A DNA stretch of 61,654 nt, filler included, from Sluysia triapertura (Eukaryota): NCBI GenBank assembly GCA_046118255.1. It is 5 parts of 5 records of this genome, joined end to end, with 100 filler letters (N's around TTAATTAATTAA, not from the genome) between each part and the next. Parts side by side here need not be neighbours in the genome. Positions count along the whole stretch, not along the records: positions 37,126 to 49,689 come from JBJNIA010098549.1; positions 49,790 to 61,654 come from JBJNIA010162485.1; 3 more parts are not named here. One strand, 5' to 3'. Made by a program: the position numbers and the translations under genes. The notes below the pieces were generated by a model that was not told the origin of the DNA, did no database searches, and was given only the letters and a program-made list of their open reading frames with translations. Position 1 is the first letter of the stretch, and each line of letters starts with the position of its first letter. Of the stretch, positions 43,000 to 55,114 are shown in pieces.

Positions 43000-44182
43000 T
43001 GCCATTTTGTTCGGTAACCTGTTTCTAAGTCTAAATAAAAATATAAAAACAAGATAAAATTTAAGATATAAAATTTAAAAATCATTACGTTGCTGCTATC
43101 AACATCATACATCTCTTGAATCGACAGTCTCCATAATTTGAGTAGCAATAGTTGGCAACAGATCCTTTAATCTACTGCGATGTGACGATTGGATCATATA
43201 GTTGAAATTCAGTTCTTGTAGTTGATCGATTGTATGTGAATATTTACATTTAGTTCCAAAATTTGAACATTTACCTTCTTGGTTAGATTCATAAGGTTAG
43301 AGAGCCACTTTAAAACATCATCGAAGTTAAATGGATTGCAATTTATTTATACTAATAGAAAAGCTATTTACTGATGGCTCTAGAATCAAACTATTGATTT
43401 GAGAATTCTCAAAATTCATTTTATGATTATCTTCATCATCACTGCTTGACTCGGATGTTAGATTCAGCATAATCTTTTCTTGCATTAAATTTACTTCTGC
43501 ATTCATAGACGAAGTGTGAAAAGGTTGGATCGTTTCTATATTGAAACCGCACCTTATTACATTTTGTTTAGCAGCAGCAAAAACTTTCTTATATAGTTTA
43601 GAGTAATCATGAACTATATTAGTAACTATTGGTGGGAACTTTAGTTTTTTTATTTCGACCACTCATCTTAATACGACTCATTGCATCACTTCTTATTAGA
43701 AAACTCCATATCTTTTGAGTCATCTCAAGTAATTCTGTACAAGTTCGTATCATGAATTCATAAAAGGCATCTTCTTTTAAGTTATTCTTTAACTTCCATA
43801 TTCCAGTAGAATTGTTAATGCTTAATCCAGCTTTCTTGCAGACACTGTTGATGAGAATTTTCTGAGCACAAACTTCGCGTCTACTTACGTTGAACTTATT
43901 TTCGATGTTGTCCAGCCGAGTGATCATCTGCTCTAGATTCTAAATTAGTATTATTATTGATTTGATTTCTCAAATTATAATGAGCTTCTGTTTTAGTTTC
44001 AGAATTTTCTTCATTTTTTGACCTCTATTAAAATCATTACTTTCTACATTATGCAGAGCACTGAACGCATCATGGACATCTAATACGATCATTCTGAGTC
44101 CACATTTACGATGTTTAGCTAAATCATTCACGTTTGTAGGTTCATTCATTAAATTCATAAAAATATTCACATCCACTAACAA
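43000..44182 (-). pseudogene. Frameshifted gene: coiled coil, BEN/DUF4806-like domain, acidic linker, possible CCCH-like remnants
   Basis: Three successive ORFs, two of the frame changes falling at A-runs: LEQMITRLDNIENKF; IWSFLIRSDAMSRIKMSGRNKK/LKFPPIVTNIVHDY; SSSDDED; downstream GKCSNFGTKCKYSH. Possible 58-bp intron at 43031-43088. Domain call by eye. Confidence 0.5.
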
Positions 44183-45450
44183 TTTTAATTTTTTTAACTT
44201 TTGAATTCAATTAGTATTTAATAATATTCAACAAAAATTGAGCAATAAAAATGCATTTAACTATTCTAGCCTAAAACATTTTACGTACTGACTATTATAT
44301 AGTTGTTATTACATGCAAGCAACACCAATTAAACATAAGCTAGCAAACTTTTAGTGTGCTATATGCGAAGAAACTGCTGCTTGGACAGTCTATCAAGGTA
44401 TAACATAATGACTGAATTTGATTGACTGTCCAATCTAAAAAGCAAATTTAATATGTTATGTCAATTAGTGTTCTTGTCACCATTAAGCCTACAAGCTGAC
44501 AAAATGATGATTAAAAATGGTAACAAATAACTATAATTTAAATCGATACATAGTCACTATGAGTTGTAACTGTTAAATGTTAATTATAAAAATAACGATA
44601 ATAATATGAGAAATAATGATAACAATAATAAAATGATAAAATGATAATGTTTTTAATATAGGAATAAAACTAATTAATATTAATAATAATATAAATTGCC
44701 AAAATCTAAGGAAAAATACATAAAATCTTTATCACTTTTGCTAATACATGATCTTTTCCATAAACACATTATCAAAATATTTCTACATAACAATCTTTAG
44801 TTAAAATATAATCAGTTGAAATTATGTTGAAGTTGTTCTTTTATCTTTGAAAGGTTTAAAAAGGTATGTTCTGATCATATTCTTTAAAAGAGATTTTATT
44901 TAGTGCCTACCGTGATGTGTATGTAAAAAGAATTGATGGAAAGTTGTTCAGAGATAATCAGATATAACTAAAGATGTTTAATAATGTCATTTTGATTGTA
45001 ATATCTACACTTAATTTAAAGTGTTGGTTGATGTTTGATGATGTTAAATGTAAAGGTTATTTTGATATAATAATTTTTCACTTCAAGATGTATAAAAATG
45101 AGAATGATTCTAGTGGGTATGAAGAGATAAAATGTGAAAAAGTGAATGGAAGATGAATGGAAGATGAATGGAAGATGAATGGAAGATGAATGGAAGGTGA
45201 ATGGAAAGTTATGAAATATGAATTTAATATTATATAATTTTGATGTTGTAGAGTATGAAGTGGAAATGTTTTAAGAAGGTTAGGATAAAGTTTTAGTGAA
45301 AGTCAAAGAAATAAAATGTAGAAAGTTTTTAATGTAAGAATAGTTAAAATGTTATGGAGTGTAAATTTGATATTATGCAATTTTATGTTTAGAAGTATTG
45401 AGAATTATAAAATGTTTTGAATATTGATTTTATTGTGTGTTACAGAAATA
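44183..45450 (-). promoter_or_regulatory. Upstream cassette B
   Basis: Inverted repeat TTGGACAGTCTATCAA 44381-44396 / TTGATTGACTGTCCAA 44418-44433 (15/16); several TGACA/TGTCA; AAT-rich 44580-44700; TACATGATCTTTTC 44745-44758; G/T/A-skewed tract beyond. Confidence 0.5.
45143..45207. repeat. Tandem 11-bp repeat (TGAATGGAAGA), ~5-6 copies
   Basis: Directly visible. Confidence 0.92.
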
Positions 45451-45459
45451 AAATTTCAG

Positions 45460-46179
45460 ATTAATTGGCAACCACATCAATAAACTGTTTAATCTTGAAA
45501 TATTTTGATCTTGTTCTGCTTTGTTACGATGCATTTGAGAGACGTTATGATAGTAACAGCTTGACGTGCCATATCATATGCAAATTCCGAAAACATTTAC
45601 TTGTGAGGGGCATTGCTCCGTAAGTTTTGAATATTCATCTAATGACCGACCGTAGCCATTTAATTTCTTCTGTCTGGATATCTATCACTTGAATCGATCC
45701 TTCTACGAGTACTCGTTTCTTAGTTGATTTCACCTTATTCATAGCAATTCCTACTTCGAAATTGTTTTGAAAGCATTTCATTTGATTTCACCGATAGTAA
45801 TCACGAAAAATCTATTTTTACACTCCGAGAATTTTTTAACTAAATGTTTAAAACATAGTTTATCACGTTTATATGTTTCTTGGTCATTAATGAGGGTAAT
45901 GTCATATATGTTTTTGATTGCAATAGTTACAAGATTTACCGGTAATTGTTGAGTATTTTTAATTGTTTGACTAAAACTTCTATGGAATCGGTTCAATATT
46001 ATCATTGAACAAAATTTACTCTTTTGATATTTATATTCGAGAGACATAATTTGTGGATCTTTACTAAATATTGGATGGTTGCTACATTCGTTTAAAAATA
46101 CATTAATTTCTAATTCAATTTGGTTCTTATTTGACATTACATGTTCCTTTGAAGACAGCATCAAACTATTATTCATCAA
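45460..46179 (-). pseudogene. Decayed orphan gene (133-aa ORF plus frameshifted continuation)
   Basis: ORF 46179-45778 continues in shifted frames (MKCFQNNFEVGIAMNKVKSTKKRVLVEGSIQVIDIQTEEIKWLRSVIR*...). No family recognised. Confidence 0.5.
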
Positions 46180-47065
46180 TTTATTAAAATCTTATCATTT
46201 GATAAAAATTCGATGTTGTTATTAAAATTCTGTCTAATTTTATTTTTGTTGCTATTTTTATTATTCTGATTGTTTAGCCTCACTATGATTGGCTGACCAA
46301 TAGGGGTATATGTATTGTCAGTTGTTAATGCTTGTATTACGAAGATGTCCTATTGGTCAGTTAATAACTCACAAATCATGATGATACCAATTAAGTGACT
46401 AACAGTTTCACATTGTGTGAGCTGTAATTTTGTTCTCTGATTATGAGGCTGTCAGTAGTTGACAGTTAATACAGTAGTATTGACTTTATTTAATTTGCAA
46501 CTGTCAATTGCTGACAGGTGATATGAAAATAAAATAATTATAATAATTATTATTATTAACATTATTATATATAAATAATAAAGTATGTAACAAATAATAC
46601 TAAATAATAAAATAAAATAACAAAATTCAGTAAAAAATAAACGCATAAACCTTATAAATCTCTTTAATTCTTTATGTTTTAAGGTCTATTTTCTTTGAAA
46701 TAAAATTATATGAATAAATTTTAATGTGCGTGAATGGTTTCGAATGTATATATATCTGGTTTTGGTATTGTAAAGTTGGAATTTGAAAATGTTTTGAAAT
46801 GAGAATAGTTTTAATGGATCTAACAAAAATAAGGTATAGAAAAAGTTTCAATGCGTTCAGAAAAGGTAATAGTACACTGTTAATGAATGTAATTACGATT
46901 GTAATGTTATGAAATTGTGAGTTAAAATGTTAAAAAAATTAAAGTTTTAACGGATCAAAAGGTAAAATGTAAGATGTTAGGAGATACAATATTTTGTGTG
47001 AAATGATAATTTTAATTTTGAATGAGAGGTTGAACACCACAGTTTTCAAGAAAAGTTTGACAACC
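46180..47065 (-). promoter_or_regulatory. Upstream cassette C
   Basis: Perfect 12-bp inverted repeat CTGACCAATAGG 46293-46304 / 46349-46360; four TGACAG/CTGTCA sites in 46448-46520; AAT-rich tract; AAACGCATAAA 46639-46649; G/T-skewed tract beyond. Confidence 0.55.
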
Positions 47066-47675
47066 TTTTAAAATTTTATAAAAGAAAATAGAAATTTTTC
47101 TTTTGATTTATAAATAAATAAAATGTAACAATAAAAATAGTTTTTATTAAATTTTAAGTGCATACATTTAATGTATCTATAAATATAATACAAATAAATA
47201 CAAAAAGGAAAGACTGAGTCGAGAAAAAGATGATTAATTTGTTCTTGAGAGACCAATTTTCAATATCAAAAATGAATTTAAAATTTTTATTGTTTAATTT
47301 TTTAAAATATTTTATATTAATAATAAATGAACATAAATTTAATAGAGGAACTTTCACTTTATAATCATTAATATTAAGATAGTTGATATTAAAATAAGAA
47401 CCATGTCAGCATTTTTTAAAGTCTGCGTTTCGAAACTGATTATAAATTAATCAAATAAATTAAATTTGTTTTTTAATTATTAAATTAAAATTAAAATTAA
47501 AATCGGCAATATAATATTAAATTATATAATATTTGTTTCAATAAAAATATTACAGTTATAAATAAACACTTTTCCTTGTTATTATTAACGAAAATCTCAT
47601 TAAAAATTAAAAATATATAGTAAATAAAATTGTATATTAAATTCGCAAAATATATAAGCTATTACATCTAAATTT

Positions 47676-47792
47676 CAATAATAATAATTATTATTATTAT
47701 TATTATTATTATTGTAATATTAATATTAATTATAATAATTATAATTATAATAATATTAATATTAATTATAATAATTATAATAATATTAATAT
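47676..47792. repeat. AT-only low-complexity (AAT/ATT) repeat
   Basis: Directly visible. Confidence 0.85.
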
Positions 47793-49689
47793 TCATATTG
47801 ATACTTTTCAGTATTTAAAATAAATACATTTTTCAAAGTATATTATTTAAAAGTACAAAAGCTTAAATATATTATATTTTTCTTAGATATTATATATTAT
47901 ATATTATATTTTTCAAATTTTTTGTGCATTACTTTGTAATTTAATAAATATAAACGAATTAAATTAAATTCACTCAATAATAAAAGATGATTAAGCAAAT
48001 TAATATTATAATCTTCATTCAGAATTTGATTCATTATTTAAATTTGAAAATAAACAAATTTAAGACCGTAAGTAAGTAAAAACAATTGATTAATTATTTC
48101 ATATAAATTTTAATAAACAATGCTGAAATCAAAGAAAACCATTAGCAATCTAGGTTGTCTTTGTGGGAATCATTTTAATTGTTCTTGTAATAAGAAACAC
48201 GTCTATTTAACCGCATAAAATGTCTCCATTAAAATTTGTAACATAATGCTTCTTTTCAATAATACAGTTTTTCTTGCTCTTAACATAATTGGATATCTAT
48301 ATGACTTTTTACATAATTATTTGTCGTCAGTGATTGTTTTATTGATATATTTTTATGTAATGTATATAAAATATATTTTAGTTGAAAGTGAAAAAAGGTT
48401 TCACAAATTTCTATAATAAATTTCTAATTTTAAATATCCATTATACAGTGAGTTATGATTGGTTTTCAGCAACTCTGGATGAGTTTAATTTTTGTGAAAC
48501 CAATTACTTATAATAAAATTAGTGACTGTCTATTCAAATATTCCAAACTGAGAAAGATATATTTAAAATAAGTTGTGTTACATTTTCAATAACAAAGAGG
48601 TAAATATTTCATTTTAATAAAAAATACGTTTTAAAGTAATAGGCGTAAATATTTTTAGAAATAAAATCGAAAACGTGTAATATATGAATTAAAAATAAAA
48701 TAATTCCAACTAGAAACAAATATATTTCTAATTTCAATCCAAATTCCACAACCTGTTCAGAATCAGATTAATAGTATTTTTCAATCTATCTGTCAAAATA
48801 TGCATCATTAATTAATAGTTGTAAGAGTATTGCTGTATCTGTTGAAAAGAATTTCAAAGAATAAAAACCACGCATATGATGGGGTTTTATTTATTTATGA
48901 ATTTGTACCTGTAAGCATTCTTTAATGTTTTGGAATTTCAGGATCTGCTGTTCTGTTTATTCGTGAAATAAACAAATTTAATGAATTCTTTATTTTACAA
49001 TAACAAGAGATTGATTATAATAAGTAAAATGAAAAGGAACAATAAAATAATTCTTTCTTTTATATTTTAATTATTAATTAAAATATCAGTAATATTACAA
49101 ATCACCGGAAAAATGTTAGTCTATTTTAAGTGTGATTTTGGGCATAGAAAACCAAGGAAGCATTAAGTAATTTTAAACTAATTGTGATGTTTTAATGAAA
49201 TTTTCTTAAATGAATATAGATTTCTCTAGTGAATTCAAAACATTATAATTGTTAATACAATCACGAGCAAACACCACCACAAATTATCACGTCTTGCATA
49301 AATAAAATGTTAAATCTTACATAAAACACAAACTCAATTCTGTAATATCATACATACTTTAGAACATTGTAATTTCAATTTAAAACTCGTTACTTAGTAT
49401 GGTTGGTATTATTGTTATTAAAATAAAATACTTGTATAACTATTCTCTACATGTGTTTTACATGTAGGTTTTATATATATTATGTCTATGATGTTTTACC
49501 TATTGTTTATCTATCTTTTATCGTTTTATTATTGTTTAATACTATTCTACTTCCGTGTTTTTGTAACATTTAATACTGTGAAGTCTAATCTAACTATGAA
49601 TAATATGAATACCTGAATGACTATTGAATTAATATGAATTTGTAAAATTATTTTTGTAACTTTATTGATTTTTGTATTATAAACAACTT

Positions 49690-49789
49690 NNNNNNNNNNN
49701 NNNNNNNNNNNNNNNNNNNNNNNNNNNNNNNNNTTAATTAATTAANNNNNNNNNNNNNNNNNNNNNNNNNNNNNNNNNNNNNNNNNNNN
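49690..49789. other. Assembly gap with TTAATTAATTAA linker
   Basis: Same structure as 11043-11142. Confidence 0.95.
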
Positions 49790-52700
49790 TAAATGTGAAC
49801 AATGTTTAAGTTTATAACAAAAAATAACAATAATTTGAAGTAAAAAAGTTGCTTGATTGATATTTACAAATTGTATATAAATTATGTACAATTTTTGTAA
49901 CTGGAAAATGTTGAATTTAATTCACCTGCTTATATAGAATAATAGAGTAAGTTAGTGTGATAATGTGCCAATATCATTTTAGGAATAAAATCACTCGTAT
50001 AGTATAATGTTTTGATAAAATTATTAGTATCATTACTATTATAATGTAGCTTATTATATTTTTACCATTATTATAATTATTATAAATTAATGTAATTTTA
50101 CTATTATCGTTATTGAATTTTCATTTCACAACATCACAGTACTTTTTGGAGCTACTCCTCAACACTAGATCCTAACACATAATAGGCATCACTCAGCCCG
50201 AATGAACTATCCTTTAAAGACATCAATATAACAAAAAATTACTTACTTTAATTGTTTTGCGTAATAATTATGGATATGTATTAAATTAAATTCTTTGTAA
50301 TTTAATTTAACAACTTGTGAATTTAATTGGCTGCAGGAAAAATTAATTATTAATGGATTATCTTACAGGTTTTTTATTATTTAATACCTAATAATTATTC
50401 CTGCATTTTATTGTTTTCTTTATTATTAGTCACAATTCAATTTTGATATTCATTAGTTTCATACGCTCAACGCTATAATTCAATATAATATCTCAGATTT
50501 AATATGGATTTTTTGGCTATTTCTTTGTGTTGTTGCTGCCTTTTGTGCGTAAAATAATTTTTGTGTTTTTAATTCTCGAGTATCAGACTGCTATTAATTG
50601 TCCTCTAAAAATATCTGCTACTTTTACTTGCGACTTGTATTTCAAAATGACATTTTTATTATCAATAAATGTGTTTTCTGAAAGTAAACATTTAAGTATT
50701 TCAGAGAGCAATTTATTTTTAGAAACAATATATTGGAAGATATACTGTATATTTAATGAATACTTTTATTTTATGCAATATAATAATTAGTTGGCCGTAC
50801 AATCCAATTAATTTTGAACCATTTATATTTAAATTAATTATAAACACTTTACTGAATCTGCTATAGTTTTTCTTATTTTTAATATTTTGATTTTGCAGAT
50901 TTTATTGAACATATGTTAATATTATACCGAAAGTGTTCTTAATCGTAACTGTGAATATTAATAGTCAAGTTAGCTCGAAATTAATGTGCATTTTTGATCT
51001 ATATTTTAAATATTTATAAGCACAATTTTTTATGATCTGAAATTTTTTAATAAATTATTGCTGACGAATCTTTTTAAAAATAGTTACAAAATTATTTTTT
51101 AAGTGTAGAAATTAATTTTCTTAAATTCAAAAAAACATAATCGATTTTTATTAGTGGTTGATAACATTATTGACTCTAAACATTAATTAATTCACACTTC
51201 ATTTTTTATGTATGTCTTTTCTTCATTTCTAATTAAACAATGTTTAAGTTTTTTCCTGTTTCATGACGTTCATAGTTTTTACTTTACCAATTAAGCGCGT
51301 CAGCTTCTGGTTTATATTTTATTAATTTAAATGTTTCGAACAATAAGATTACTATAAAATTACTTAACATTATTCGAAATTTGGTAAGACTTAGATTTAA
51401 TTATTTCTCCACACTTGGTTTTGGGAGTGTCTCGATATTTCAAAGTTGCAACAAAATTATTCAATGATTATAGTTTATTGTGAGTACTTTGGACTTGTTC
51501 CTTGACTGTCAAGGATAGAAGTGCTAAATTCTCTAAGAGTTCAATCTAATATTCCCTTAATAATTTATACCAAGCTTTGTAAAATATTTGTTTGCTACAA
51601 CAAATAGATAAAAATTTGTCGTACTTAAGAAAATATTAATAAAATTTTTTGCTATTTTATTTTATTTTAATGATATTTTACTATGATTCTATTTTATTTT
51701 TAATTTTTTAATTTGTATTCACAAATCAATATAAAAATGTTACAAACAGTTATCTTCATGGAACAATATAATATTGTTAGAAAATGTTCTTGCCTATGTA
51801 TTATTTTTCTCTGTTTAGAATTTATATCCAGTAATTATTTAGTTTGCATCAACTTTTTATTCAATTTAATTCCATGTTTCGTTTATATAACTTTTGTTAT
51901 TATTATTCAAATTGAGAATTATTGTAATAAAATCATTAATTTTGTCTAAAATAATCTTGATATTTCGAAATTTATAACAATTGTGATTACGAATTAACTT
52001 CATAGGATTATTAATTTCATCATCTTTTTCTCTCGTATTAAAAAATTTTTAATTCTTATCAAATTTAGTTTCGGCTTAAGGCGTTTACACAACAAAATAT
52101 TAAAATTGTAATTAAAACTGATATAATATAATGTAATACATTAAATAAGTATAAATAAACATAAAAAAATAAAACCAATCTATTAACACAAAACGTGTTA
52201 CCCATATCAAATATACAGCTTGTATTCGATGTCATTAATTCAGCGTAAGTAGATAGTGGTAGTAATTATGTTCTGTTTGACTTTGGTAATCGTAATAAAA
52301 ACATTAATCCACGTTTCAGATAATTCATCATGATAAATAAAAATTTATCAGACGTTATTAATGTTATGACTTCACTCAAATTATGCAATGCTTATTTAGA
52401 AATGAAGTAATCAATCGAATATTAAAATTCGAGTTTTCTCTTACTAAGATATTGATTGTATTATTTGAAGAAATTTTCACATAAATTAAAGCATAAATTA
52501 ATATTTTATCTAACACATTATTTTCATTGATAAAAGCAGAGTAAGCATTCGAATTAATTAACTTTTAATAGTGCTTCCTTTTAATATGAAACAATACATT
52601 GTCAGAACAATCATGAAATTTTGTAAATTCAATGATTAAAATAGTTGAATAGAGAACAAATTCCATTCCATCAACTACTATAACAATTTTACTTTTAACT

Positions 52701-53610
52701 TTAGTGACTTTTTTACTAAAGTTTACTAGCTTTACTATAGTCATGCTCTGGTTCAATGATTACATTGTAACGTTTTTTTCAAAAAATACGTTTACTATTA
52801 ACATCACACTGCTTATAGTATTTGTATACATTATTAGCTTGAGTATGTGTAGTATCAAAATCTGTTTTAAATTTAACATCTAAACTTTTCGCAATTTGCA
52901 TATGTATATTTTCATTATACGATTTCAATGCATGTCTAAAATTTAAATATCTACCAATGTATAAGACTTTCTTGCTTGACAAAGTTTACTTTTAATCAAA
53001 TATATCCGGTTAATTGTAGAATTAGAAGTAACTCGAGCATCTGATTCCATTTCTGTAATACTGATTCTGAACACGTTATACCGATTACATTGATTATAAT
53101 TAAAATTTGAACTTGGAAATTTTTATTGACAATATTTTCAATAATTTTTTAAATAACCTAGTACTAGGGTTATTTTGATTAACAATTGATTTTTTATTTT
53201 TAATTTAATATCTTATATTTCAATAATTTAAAATAATTTAATTTAATATAATATAATTAAATTTTTAAAAATTCAAGATTCTGAAATCGGCAAAGCTCTT
53301 TCTCTTACAGAAAATTTATAATATGTGATTTATTTTGAGTACTTAAAAGGAATATTATGATCGATTAAATATCTTAAGTGATTTTGGATACTTATTTCAT
53401 GATAATAGTGGTAGTAGTAGTAGTAGTACAAATAATGACAATAATAATAGTGATAGTAATAGTAATAATAATACTACTACTATTAATAAGGTATATACAA
53501 ATGTACATATATACATAGAAACACTTATACATACATAAAGAAAGACAGCAATCAAAGTTTTGCAACGACAATAAAAATATACAAGATTAAAAAATTAAGA
53601 TTTTATTAGG

Positions 53611-53747
53611 ACTGTGCTTATGTTTTGTATGTTTTATGTAGTGATTTGATATGTTGTAGTTTACTTAATAGCTTTGTTTATGTAAGATGTATTTATTTGT
53701 GAGGTGTTTGTTTGTGATTATTATAAGTTTATCTGAAGTTCACTACA
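53611..53747 (-). repeat. GT-rich dispersed repeat ending in CACTACA; probable LTR end
   Basis: Similar to 20420-20538. Confidence 0.5.
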
Positions 53748-54893
53748 TAATCGATCTTGACTCTGACTATATAGCCAATTATCTCTATGAACATATCACT
53801 ATTATTTTTCATATTATATACTTATTTATTTATATCCGCCTTCCTGTTTAGTGGATTTTTCCATGCCTTACTGGCGCTTGATTTTGATCCGTAATATTTT
53901 CTGGATGCTAATTAAGTGTGATGGATTTCTGACATCTTTCACATTTGTTTATTAGTTTATGGCTTCTGTTTTGTTTCTGATTACTTTTTTGGTTTTTATA
54001 AAGGTGCTTTTTTAAGTTGTAGGTTTTACTTTTGGCAAATTATGTGCCGAATGATTTTATTTTTAAATCATTTCAACAATATTTATAGTATCCATAATTT
54101 TTTTAAAATATTTTCATTTTACAATTGTTTTCCATATTAATAATTAATTATGAATAATAATTATTAACTATTGTGAATAAATACTCAAAAGCAGCTAAAA
54201 TACTAAAACTTTCTTTAAATAATTTACAATCTTCCAGTTTCATAGCATCTGCTTTGTAAATTTTGAAACAGAAACAATATATAACCTGTCACTTATATCA
54301 CTGTGTGCTTGGTATAGAATTATATTTTAAAGTTATTTATTTGGGTTCTCGTTTTTATTATATTTAGGAAATATTAAGGTCTTCATAACGTAAGTATATT
54401 CATAGATTATCCTGATTTTGCATTCTTTTGCTTTTAGAGGTATTCATTGTAATTCTTTCAGATATAGTGTTTCTTACGATTATTCTCGTCAATTGATTCA
54501 GTACTAATTATGACTTTCTCACTTTCTTATGGTAATGAATATAATAAACTATTATTACTATTATAATTTATTAGTTTTTCTCTATTAATAAATTACCTCA
54601 TATAATGTATTTTCTTTAATTGGTATTCATATTTTTTGATAATGAATTTAATTATTTTCAATAGAGAAATTTTAATGAATTTTAATTTAATTTTCCCATT
54701 TATTACACTTTGTTTTGAAATTTTTAAAATAAAATATTCAATTCAATTTTTTAGTAGGAAATGCAACCATAAATATAATTATTGTAGAATAGTATTGATT
54801 TTTTAAACTCGGTTAAATTAAAATTTATATTTAATACAAACTAAATCTTTAGGTACATATTTTTATCAAAAGCAAATGTAATTTTTATTTTAG

Positions 54894-55114
54894 ATACGAT
54901 ATAGAGACAAATTCGTGGAATCGGAGTGAATCCATGCATTACCGAAGATCAGGTGCAGGTTGTGCAGTAATGCATGAAACAATTTATGTTTGTGGTGGTT
55001 ATGGTGGTGCATCTAGACAAGGTCCTCAGCATTTAGATAGTGTTGAATGTTACAACACACTTACTGAACAATGGAGTTTCATTAATAGTATGCAAGCACC
55101 TAGGTGCTACATTG
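54894..55114 (+). CDS. KLHL12: Kelch-like protein 12-like, kelch-repeat exon
   Basis: ttttag acceptor; YDIETNSW...MHYRRSGAGCAVMHETIYVCGGYGG...HLDSVECYN...W...MQAPRCYIG. The order RSGAG, PRCY(I/V)G, AGYDGN, RCDxG matches KLHL12. Phase-1 donor at 55115. Confidence 0.88.

Noticed and set aside
46331-46340. TTGTATTAC (and CACTATTAC near 39198) as a CRESS-virus origin nonanucleotide
   Set aside because: Not at a tight stem apex, inconsistent between cassettes, likely by chance in AT-rich DNA, and no Rep motifs seen.
52565-53100. Two short minus-strand ORFs as a gene
   Set aside because: Interrupted, no recognisable motif or splice pattern; too weak to call.
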